This document shows, in pieces, positions 56,799-64,000 of a DNA stretch of 64,000 nt. The stretch is from Desulfurococcaceae archaeon. GTDB lineage: Archaea; Thermoproteota; Thermoprotei_A; Sulfolobales; Desulfurococcaceae. The notes beneath the pieces were generated by a model. That model saw only the letters and a list, made by a program, of their open reading frames with translations, did not search any database and was not told where the DNA came from. The translations under genes were made by a program, and so were the position numbers. The DNA is taken from contig JAWBBW010000002.1 of assembly GCA_038824035.1 (NCBI GenBank), forward strand, positions 90,497 to 154,496, written 5' to 3'. Each line of letters starts with the position of its first letter. Position 1 is the stretch's first letter.

Positions 56799-58616
56799 TT
56801 ACGTGGTTATAGCTTTAGCCAATCCTGGAGGTGTATCGATCGGCTGATTTAATATCACTCCTAAATTATACGCCATGAACTGTAATGGTGTAATAACTAA
56901 AATGGGGTATATCAATGTATTCACGTCTGAAGGTAATTTGATAAATGTATAGGGGGTATCAATAGTTATGTTCACCGATAATAGTTTTGTCGTCCTATAC
57001 ATTACTTCTTTCAACACTTTGTTATAAAGGCCCTTAGCATTTTCCTCTACTGGTTCGATCATGATTATTGGAAAATTCTCAGAGACTATTGCGAGGGGCC
57101 CGTGTCTTAGCTCGCCTAATTGAAGTCCCTCGGCATGAATGAGTGCGGTTTCTTTGAATTTCAATGCACTCTCAAGGGCTATGGGATATAGAATCCCACT
57201 ACTGACTACGTAGAGTCCAGTTGCATTGCATAATTCCCTGGCAATCCTACTTGTAATATCATGGAACATTGGCATTAGTGGCTTCATTTTTTCCACTAAG
57301 GATCTGATATCATTTATTATCTCTCTGTGACCTTGTAAAGTGTTCTTACCAGTGAAAATACCCGTATACGATGCCAACATCAATAAGACAGCTAAGGTAG
57401 ATGTAAAGGTCTTTGTAGCTGGAACAGCTATTTCCGGCCCTGCTCCGACTGGAAGGTAGACATTTGATTCCAATGCTAATCTGGAGCCGACATTGTTTGT
57501 AATACCGATTATGACAGCTCCTCTTTGTTTAGCGAGCTTTACACTCGTTATCACATCACTTGTCTCGCCGCTCTGACTTATTGCTATTATTACTGAGCCT
57601 GTTGCAACATTATCTAGGAATGAGTAAGGGAACTCGGCAGCGGAGATCGCAATAGTATTTATGCCAGCTAGATTGCTGAAATAATATGTACCAACCATGC
57701 CCGCGTGTAAACTTGTCCCATTGGCCACTATGAACACGTTTTTAGCTCCATAAAGTATCATTGATGCCAGTCTCAGGTATTTTTCCATCACGGAAATAAT
57801 GCTTCTAAGTAATGCGTCCGGTATCTCATATATTTCTTTCAACATATAATGTGGATATCCCCCTTTATCTACGTATTCGACGACGTATTTGACTCTCTTG
57901 AGTTGCATTTCACCTAGTTCCATTGGGATAGTGTTGCCAATTCTATATAACTCTATTTTATCAAGTGACACGAATCCTACACTTCCATCTTCCACGATGT
58001 ACGCATTTTCGGCAAAACCGTGAAGCGATGGTAAATCGCTTGACACATAGATACATTTTCTTCCCAAACCTATTACAAGCGGTTGTCCATGTTGGATAAT
58101 ATATATCTTGTCCTTTTCATTAGCGATTAAGAACACAAGTGAATATATACCTGTGAGTTCTGATGCAATCTTGTGCAAAGATGTGACTACATCGTGTGTT
58201 TTCAAATACTCCTCTAATAGGTGGGCAGCCACCTCTGTATCTGTTCTAGACTTAAAAAAGTGATCGAGATTTTCTAATCTAGCCTTGATGTCTTCATAAT
58301 TATCTATTATACCATCACCGACCACCGCGATGTTGCCTTTGCAATCAAGGAGTGGATGAGTGTTTTCGTAAACAGGCCACCCTCTACTAGCATACCTTGT
58401 ATGGCCAATGGCTATTTGCCCACCTATATGTACCAGGTCTATTTGCTTAGAAACATTATTCAAATGCCCCGGCGCCTTTCTCACTTCAATTCCATTATTT
58501 TTTAAAATTGCTATTCCTACGCCATCATAACCACGATATAGAAGTCTCCTCAAGCCTTCAAATATCACACCATCTGGTATGATATCTTCACATATAATTG
58601 CAAATATACCTCCCAA
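56799..58616 (-). CDS. glmS: glucosamine-6-phosphate synthase GlmS homologue lacking N-terminal catalytic Cys
   Basis: YRGYDG.G, GHTRYA, SRTDTEV, SQSGET, GPEIAVPATKTF, ALKFKE..HAEG, LAK; N-terminus reads MGGIF. Confidence 0.88.
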   Translation of the reverse strand: MGGIFAIICEDIIPDGVIFEGLRRLLYRGYDGVGIAILKNNGIEVRKAPGHLNNVSKQIDLVHIGGQIAIGHTRYASRGWPVYENTHPLLDCKGNIAVVGDGIIDNYEDIKARLENLDHFFKSRTDTEVAAHLLEEYLKTHDVVTSLHKIASELTGIYSLVFLIANEKDKIYIIQHGQPLVIGLGRKCIYVSSDLPSLHGFAENAYIVEDGSVGFVSLDKIELYRIGNTIPMELGEMQLKRVKYVVEYVDKGGYPHYMLKEIYEIPDALLRSIISVMEKYLRLASMILYGAKNVFIVANGTSLHAGMVGTYYFSNLAGINTIAISAAEFPYSFLDNVATGSVIIAISQSGETSDVITSVKLAKQRGAVIIGITNNVGSRLALESNVYLPVGAGPEIAVPATKTFTSTLAVLLMLASYTGIFTGKNTLQGHREIINDIRSLVEKMKPLMPMFHDITSRIARELCNATGLYVVSSGILYPIALESALKFKETALIHAEGLQLGELRHGPLAIVSENFPIIMIEPVEENAKGLYNKVLKEVMYRTTKLLSVNITIDTPYTFIKLPSDVNTLIYPILVITPLQFMAYNLGVILNQPIDTPPGLAKAITT

Positions 58617-58695
58617 AAACCATCCCCAGTCTAATTAAGAATTAGAGGTATAATATTTTCGCCGAAACCTAATAGGTATTATAAGAGGGGGATAT

Positions 58696-59355
58696 ATGCC
58701 AAGGTATACCTTAATATGGCTTCGACAAAATAGCTGGGAAAACGCCGATGATTTTCCAAATTACTTAAAAAGGCGTAAAATACTCAATGAAATATATTAT
58801 AAAGTAGCAGAGTATGTGCAAGATCGCGAAGGGATAGCACTGCAACTAGATATCGATAAAATATTAATATTAGCTAATAGCCTTGATAAAGAGTCCCATC
58901 TGAATTTACTAAAAGAATTAGAATCTACCGGGTTATCTAATATAAACATGATTTCCATTGTTCACGAGAACCCGATTTATACGTTGATAAAGGCATCAAG
59001 TCTTTTACCCACTAGGTTCTATTTCCAGGACGGCAAGATCGGTTTAGATGAATACTATGTGGCTATAATTTGCCTAAAGGATCATGGAAAAATCGATCTA
59101 ATGGCCTATACTATATATTTAAGAGACATTGCTGAAATAGCATTTGCATTAAGTAACCTGGGTAATATAGCATTAGTGCATGATCATAAGGTGATTGCGC
59201 TCTTATCTAAGAATTCCCTTAAATATCTAAGCGCAATGGATAATTTACATATAGGTATTGGAATAGATCTTTACGGCTTTAGAGCATTGGATAAAGCCTA
59301 CAATGCATTGAAAATAGCTATCCAGGAAAAGAGAAGCCCTGTCATTTTCGAATAG
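58696..59355 (+). CDS. divergent GTP cyclohydrolase III (IIa)-like protein
   Basis: Layout TLI...Y..V..YV....G......D......N.L...H and C-terminal HIGIG.....AL..A..AL..I resembles GCH III; catalytic motifs eroded. Confidence 0.45.
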   Translation: MPRYTLIWLRQNSWENADDFPNYLKRRKILNEIYYKVAEYVQDREGIALQLDIDKILILANSLDKESHLNLLKELESTGLSNINMISIVHENPIYTLIKASSLLPTRFYFQDGKIGLDEYYVAIICLKDHGKIDLMAYTIYLRDIAEIAFALSNLGNIALVHDHKVIALLSKNSLKYLSAMDNLHIGIGIDLYGFRALDKAYNALKIAIQEKRSPVIFE

Positions 59356-59530
59356 ATATCCTACTTTTTGATGTTTTGTTTTCCCCAGATATTGAAAAAA
59401 CCACTACGAGAGATAGTAGTATAGATAATAATAACAAAGTGATTGTCAATGTATAGTCAATGTTCTGGGGACTGGGTTCGGAGTTTGCAATGACGGTTGT
59501 TTCAAGTATAGGTGTTATCCTAGTGGACAT
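59342..59530 (-). CDS. small single-TM membrane protein
   Basis: S/T/P-rich N-terminus, one TM helix, basic tail; short, so may be spurious. Confidence 0.45.
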   Translation of the reverse strand: MSTRITPILETTVIANSEPSPQNIDYTLTITLLLLSILLSLVVVFSISGENKTSKSRISIRK

Positions 59531-59576
59531 GTGTAATCAGCGCTCGATTTTAACTAAGCGTTTTGCCCCCTCTTGA

Positions 59577-59633
59577 GATCAGATAAGGGGCATCGATCAT
59601 CAGATAAGCTCACCGGTAATACCGTTCATCATC
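59577..59633 (-). ncRNA. box C/D guide sRNA (D' guide predicted on 16S 530 loop)
   Basis: Minus strand: ATGATGA(C)-ACGGTATTACCG-GTGA(D')-gcttatc-TGATGA(C')-TCGATGCCCCTTAT-CTGA(D); GGTATTACCG complements 16S CGGUAAUACC. Confidence 0.85.
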
Positions 59634-59676
59634 TACTTACATTATGACTAGAAACTTAATTAAATTTTCTTTTTTC

Positions 59677-59943
59677 CTAATTCCTTTTTCTATGTATGAG
59701 TTCAATATATGTATTGATTATCTTTATTGATTGAAATATTTCCTCTTCAAAATAACACATGGATTCCACTGATTCAGTGTTTATTAGGTGTGCCACGATT
59801 TTCTTAAACCTAGGCTTGTTACAATCTAAGATCTCTGCTTGTTCTATTAAACCAATCATAGCCAGAGACTCTATATATCTAAGTGTACAGTCTGATTTAC
59901 ATATAATATATTGTTTCAATTCTAATTGATGACTCATCCTCAA
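59677..59943 (-). CDS. hypothetical protein
   Basis: 88-codon ORF upstream of and co-oriented with the sRNA. Confidence 0.55.
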   Translation of the reverse strand: MRMSHQLELKQYIICKSDCTLRYIESLAMIGLIEQAEILDCNKPRFKKIVAHLINTESVESMCYFEEEIFQSIKIINTYIELIHRKRN

Positions 59944-60050
59944 TCAACCACGTGTTAATCCTCCATTTTCCCAAATCTATTTTATCATAAATGGGCCCCT
60001 TTCTTTAAAAACAAATAACCCGCCATAACTTCACAGACAAGGTGAATGCC

Positions 60051-60686
60051 ATGGGTTGGAGTGGTCTCAAAAGAGAGGAGACCATAGGGGATAAACTAAG
60101 AAAAATATTCACCAATGAGCGAGAATCGGTAGAGAAAAAGGCCATAATAGCACAATACAGGATAAAAACCGCTATAGGTAGGATAGCTAACTATCTCGAG
60201 AGGTTATCAGAGAGGGATAGAGCATTATTTGAAAACATCGTTGATGCATTAACGAAAAAGGATGAACTGAGAGCCAAAATGTATGCCAAGGAAGTAGCCG
60301 AGATCAGGAAGATAAGTAAACAACTACTCACAGTACAATATGCTCTGGAACACGCGGTGTTGAAACTAGAAACCTTTGTAATATATGGTGGTGCCGTCAA
60401 TGAAGTTGCACCTATATTAGGCGTTATGAGAGAAGCTGTGGGAATATTGAAGACAGTGGCACCAGATATATGGATCGACCTACAGGTAGCTATGAGAGAG
60501 CTCGAAGCAGCTATTGGCGCTGGAATCGCTGATATGACAATTGATGTTAGCACCGGGCTTGACAGCGAAGCTAGGAAGATCTTGGAAGAAGCGAAAATTA
60601 TCGCGGAACAGAAGATGAGAGAGAAGTTCGCAGAATTACCAAAGACCATACCCTTGCCGGAAACAGAACAGGCCAAGACGAGTTAA
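60051..60686 (+). CDS. ESCRT-III/Snf7 family protein (CdvB1/B2-type paralogue)
   Basis: L.ERDR.LFE.IV.A....D..RA.MYA.EVAEIRK, ALE...LKLET and EARKILEEA...AEQK...F.ELP; no C-terminal winged helix. Confidence 0.9.
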   Translation: MGWSGLKREETIGDKLRKIFTNERESVEKKAIIAQYRIKTAIGRIANYLERLSERDRALFENIVDALTKKDELRAKMYAKEVAEIRKISKQLLTVQYALEHAVLKLETFVIYGGAVNEVAPILGVMREAVGILKTVAPDIWIDLQVAMRELEAAIGAGIADMTIDVSTGLDSEARKILEEAKIIAEQKMREKFAELPKTIPLPETEQAKTS

Positions 60687-60721
60687 TTTATGTCACGTTG
60701 ACTTTTTTGATTCCTAGAAAA

Positions 60722-61252
60722 TCATAGTTTTTTCAAGATCTTTTGGCTAATTAACAATATCAAATAATTTATTTTCTTTTCCGCCATTTTCAACGCCGCT
60801 TTTAACTCATCTTTCTTCGCTGAGTAATCATTTAAATTAAATAAGTCTACATCCACCCTAATGCTCTTAGCCAACATTGTCAAGCGACTAGGCAAGATGT
60901 CCATGACAAAGTTTCTAGCTTTAAAAGACATATTCTTAGTATTTGAGTTGTATGTTAAAACTATTGTTTCTGGCCTAGTTCTTGTAAACACCAACGTGTT
61001 TTCCAATGCAAAGAGGTATGTATAGGGAGCTAGCGATATTATTTTCGAATCCGCTTCACCTTCCACTCTCTTACCCAACTCCTCCCATACATACATAATG
61101 TTCTTTATAATTCCTTGCACTCTTGAAACCAAATTAAGTACCTTAATATCTACATCTTTTTTTGCTCCCCGCATTATGTTGTTTTCCATATTGTTAGAAA
61201 TAGTGTTTAGAAATCTGCTTGCTTCCTTTACACCTAGTATTATATTATCCAT
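60722..61252 (-). CDS. hypothetical protein
   Basis: 176-codon ORF, GGTGA RBS, last gene of a minus-strand run. Confidence 0.65.
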   Translation of the reverse strand: MDNIILGVKEASRFLNTISNNMENNIMRGAKKDVDIKVLNLVSRVQGIIKNIMYVWEELGKRVEGEADSKIISLAPYTYLFALENTLVFTRTRPETIVLTYNSNTKNMSFKARNFVMDILPSRLTMLAKSIRVDVDLFNLNDYSAKKDELKAALKMAEKKINYLILLISQKILKKL

Positions 61253-61275
61253 AGGTTTTCACCAGACAAATTGTT

Positions 61276-62271
61276 TTACATCAATGACCATAATTTATAG
61301 ATTTCGTCAACTAAATCCCTGTTGATTATGTCTACACTGGTATCACTAATTAATATGACCTCGCCAGCGCCTTTTTCCACGACACCTATTTTACTATATT
61401 GTTTATTCAGCTGATTTAGAGCATTTTCAAACTCTTGTGTATTTGCCGGGGGAACTGTAGCTACTATACAACCGCTACTCAGAAGCTTTAATGGGTCTAT
61501 TTTTAACGCACTTGTGATCTTGGCGACTGGTTGCTCGATCATTATTTTATCTCGCCAGACCTTGATCCTGGTTTTGCTTGCCACCGCTATTTCGCGTATA
61601 GCCTGTAGTATACCGCCCTCTGTTGCGTCATGCATGGTGTTCACGAAATCCCTAATGCTTAAAGCAACCTTGACAATGCTTATATCATACACATAGTTCT
61701 TGGCTGTTTCAATTGTCTTTTTTTCCACGCCATATTGTAATAATTTCTCTTCAAAATCCCATGCTATAATCCCCGTTCCTTCGCCTCCTACTCTACCCAC
61801 AATGTATACATAATCACCTGGCTTGGCATTTCTCGTTAAAATTGGTGGTAATAATGTGTATCCAATAGAGGTCATTGAGATCAGCGGCCTATTGATATTA
61901 GGAGATATTTCTGTGTGCCCTCCTATTATGACTCCCTTTATTTCCTCTAAGGCCTTCTTCATATCACCAAAGATCCTTTTTACATCATCAAAGCTGATAT
62001 TGCTAGGTAATAATATTGTGGGCATAAACCATTTTGGCTCAACGCCTCTTACAGCTATGTCATTAGCAGCGACATGTACCGCTAAATAACCTATATGTTC
62101 TACGGCAGTTGTTATTGGATCTACATGCGCTACTAGAAACCCGTCTCTTAATCGTATTATTGCTGCATCTTCGCCCTGCATAGGCCCTATTAATAGGTCA
62201 ATATCATCCGTTGGTATGAGCGATATCAATTCCTGCATCAGGGTCCATTCAAGTTTCCCAGTTTTAGCCAT
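61276..62271 (-). CDS. AIR synthase-related (PurM/HypE/ThiL family) protein
   Basis: GKL, GEDAA, DPIT, ANDIA, GGHTE, MHDATEGG and DPL.LLSSG motifs. Confidence 0.88.
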   Translation of the reverse strand: MAKTGKLEWTLMQELISLIPTDDIDLLIGPMQGEDAAIIRLRDGFLVAHVDPITTAVEHIGYLAVHVAANDIAVRGVEPKWFMPTILLPSNISFDDVKRIFGDMKKALEEIKGVIIGGHTEISPNINRPLISMTSIGYTLLPPILTRNAKPGDYVYIVGRVGGEGTGIIAWDFEEKLLQYGVEKKTIETAKNYVYDISIVKVALSIRDFVNTMHDATEGGILQAIREIAVASKTRIKVWRDKIMIEQPVAKITSALKIDPLKLLSSGCIVATVPPANTQEFENALNQLNKQYSKIGVVEKGAGEVILISDTSVDIINRDLVDEIYKLWSLM

Positions 62272-62325
62272 GTTAACCCCTATTGAGTTGTATTTATGAA
62301 AAGACATAACCAAGATTACCCTATA

Positions 62326-62592
62326 TCAGCTTGTCAATTTTAATGCCTTAAAACAGTTTTTGCATACATACTCAACTAGTGAAACCTGGATTAGACAATC
62401 CTCGCAACCTATTCTACCACATATTTTACAATAACCAATCGATAACGCGTTTCCACAAATATTACATAAAGCATCATCACACACGTTGCATATTCCCTTT
62501 CCTAGATTAAAATCAATTGAACAAGTCCTCCTTCCACATAGCTTACACTTATAGATCGCCTCGCGTTCTCCACATATCTCACATAGATGCAT
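62326..62592 (-). CDS. tandem zinc-finger protein
   Basis: Duplicated CxxCG-x6-CxxCGRxxC-...-CxxC unit. Confidence 0.75.
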   Translation of the reverse strand: MHLCEICGEREAIYKCKLCGRRTCSIDFNLGKGICNVCDDALCNICGNALSIGYCKICGRIGCEDCLIQVSLVEYVCKNCFKALKLTS

Positions 62593-62603
62593 CGCAAATT
62601 CCC

Positions 62604-63455
62604 TCAGGGAGGACTGATTCTGTAAAATTTGACCACGTTGTCCACCAGGATTTTATAAGCTTTCTCCTCTTCAACGATATTGCTACGTACATAATTATTT
62701 ATGATCCTAGGTATGTCCCATGGATATGCCGAAACACCTGGCCTTTGGAGATCATCTATGTAATCTGATTCGATCATTCCATGCGACCAGTTAATAGAAG
62801 CGTATTTTTCATCGAAGTGTTTAATAGGTATTGTAAAGGGCATGCCGATTCTCTCGCTCCACGATGCTGTATCGTAATTAACATGGTGTAATATTGTCCT
62901 ACTAAATTTAACGCCGATTTTCTCCACTAATATCTTGATCGAATATGTCGTTATAAACCCGCCTTGTTCTAAATGTAAATGGAGCAAAGAATCGTAATCA
63001 CGAGCTAATTCCATAGCCTTGATCATGATCACCTCTGAGAAAACTAATCTCTCGGGGCTAGTTCCATAATGTTGGCGGCCGACTTCGCCTATACCATCAA
63101 TAATATTGCTTTTAAGTGCACTCTCCAAGAGCTTTAACACATTCTCTAAGATCCTGAATAATTTCTCCCCCCTAAGACCTTGTTTATAATATTCATCGAT
63201 CTCCGCTGGATGTATACCGGCCAATTTCACAACCTTTATATTCTCGTTCTTGATGATCTCCGCTTCTTTGTTCAACAACTGGATTATCTTTTTATATGAC
63301 TCAGCACCGATCTCCGTTAAACCATAGTGATAGGGTGGCAAACTGACAATCGCCATGAACCATCCACCTTCTTTTTTGAATTTCTTAGCTATATTGAATG
63401 CGCCAAGCCCTTTCACAGGGTTTACATGTAAATGTGCATCACTAAATATTAGCAT
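62604..63455 (-). CDS. TatD-related metal-dependent hydrolase
   Basis: DAHLH, GIHPAE, GIGEVGR.HY, HLHLE and ESDYIDD..RPG motifs. Confidence 0.85.
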   Translation of the reverse strand: MLIFSDAHLHVNPVKGLGAFNIAKKFKKEGGWFMAIVSLPPYHYGLTEIGAESYKKIIQLLNKEAEIIKNENIKVVKLAGIHPAEIDEYYKQGLRGEKLFRILENVLKLLESALKSNIIDGIGEVGRQHYGTSPERLVFSEVIMIKAMELARDYDSLLHLHLEQGGFITTYSIKILVEKIGVKFSRTILHHVNYDTASWSERIGMPFTIPIKHFDEKYASINWSHGMIESDYIDDLQRPGVSAYPWDIPRIINNYVRSNIVEEEKAYKILVDNVVKFYRISPP

Positions 63456-63515
63456 AAAGCCAGCACCTGTTTTTTACAGGCTTTTGGAGAATTAATTATA
63501 GGGAAGGATGATAAT

Positions 63516-64000
63516 ATGGCTAACGATATAGTGGAGATCAAGATAGCTATTCCAAGGAATCTTTATGAAAAACTCCTAGAGATCTCTAAAAGTGAGGGAT
63601 TTGAAGGACCAGCTAAGTACATTGAGACAATCATAGAGGATTTTTTGACACAGCGATCTAAGTTGAGTGAATTGGTGGAAACCATCGTGGTTGAAAAATT
63701 AAAGAAAAGAATTGAGAGAATGATCCAAGACGAGGTGAACAAGGGCTTGAACGCCGTGGAGACGTTGAAGAAACAGGTCCTTGATCTATATGATAAAATG
63801 GAGTCCTTGGAACAAAAAATAAATGAATTAGAGGCTACTCTAAAAGAACACTATGAAAAACCAACCCCTGCACAGGTTCCCCAATACACAAGATCTTATA
63901 AAACCGGGATCGAGAGATTAAGAGACGAGAAAATAGTATTTGAAAGTAAATTACCCCCTAGGATACAAAGAGATAGATTATTTTCATACTTTGAACGCAT
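63516..64000 (+). CDS. N-terminal RHH/CopG-like plus coiled-coil protein (truncated by window end)
   Basis: Manual translation MANDIVEIKIAIPRNLYEKLLEISKSEGF...LKKRIERMIQDEVN...MESLEQKINELE...TGIERLRDEKIVFES...; open to 64000. Confidence 0.75.
   Translation, partial: MANDIVEIKIAIPRNLYEKLLEISKSEGFEGPAKYIETIIEDFLTQRSKLSELVETIVVEKLKKRIERMIQDEVNKGLNAVETLKKQVLDLYDKMESLEQKINELEATLKEHYEKPTPAQVPQYTRSYKTGIERLRDEKIVFESKLPPRIQRDRLFSYFER

Noticed and set aside
373-62768. Numerous 60-160 aa ORFs antisense to or nested in identified genes (e.g. 14610-15059, 25533-25979, 28144-28605, 60191-60676)
   Set aside because: Shadow ORFs with atypical Ser/Ile/Phe-rich composition and no motifs
1-64000. CRISPR arrays, IS elements, proviral or defence genes
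   Set aside because: No regularly spaced direct repeats and no transposase, integrase, Cas or restriction-modification motifs recognised by eye

Overview
AT-rich, gene-dense core-genome region of a hyperthermophilic crenarchaeon, most likely Desulfurococcales/Desulfurococcaceae. The assignment rests on rps26e, Elf1, crenarchaeal protein-lysine methyltransferase, ESCRT-III/CdvB paralogue, AGOG glycosylase, a non-catalytic tRNA-splicing endonuclease subunit and GGTGA-type ribosome-binding sites. Housekeeping genes dominate: five aminoacyl-tRNA synthetases (thrS, hisS, valS, cysS, trpS), radA, PCNA, topoisomerase VI, rtcB, a four-subunit 2-oxoacid:ferredoxin oxidoreductase operon, lipid genes (GGGP synthase, GGPP synthase, isopentenyl phosphate kinase), gdhA, glmS, a minimal type IV pilus operon plus prepilin peptidase, and three GT-C-like membrane glycosyltransferases. 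I found no CRISPR array, IS element, integrase or provirus. The main signal missing from the ORF track is non-coding: an intron-containing tRNA-Pro(CGG) and seven box C/D guide sRNAs. Three of these sRNAs converge on the 16S h18/530-loop region, one is predicted to methylate wobble C34 of tRNA-Val(CAC), one targets 23S H93, and one carries a guide matching the eukaryotic U18 element as I recall it. Two small genes are also missing from the track: a CdrS-like RHH regulator and a DUF504-like gene with an apparent CTG start. Several enzymes look catalytically altered, most clearly GlmS lacking Cys1. rRNA/tRNA targets are predicted from recalled consensus sequences, because those genes are not in the window.
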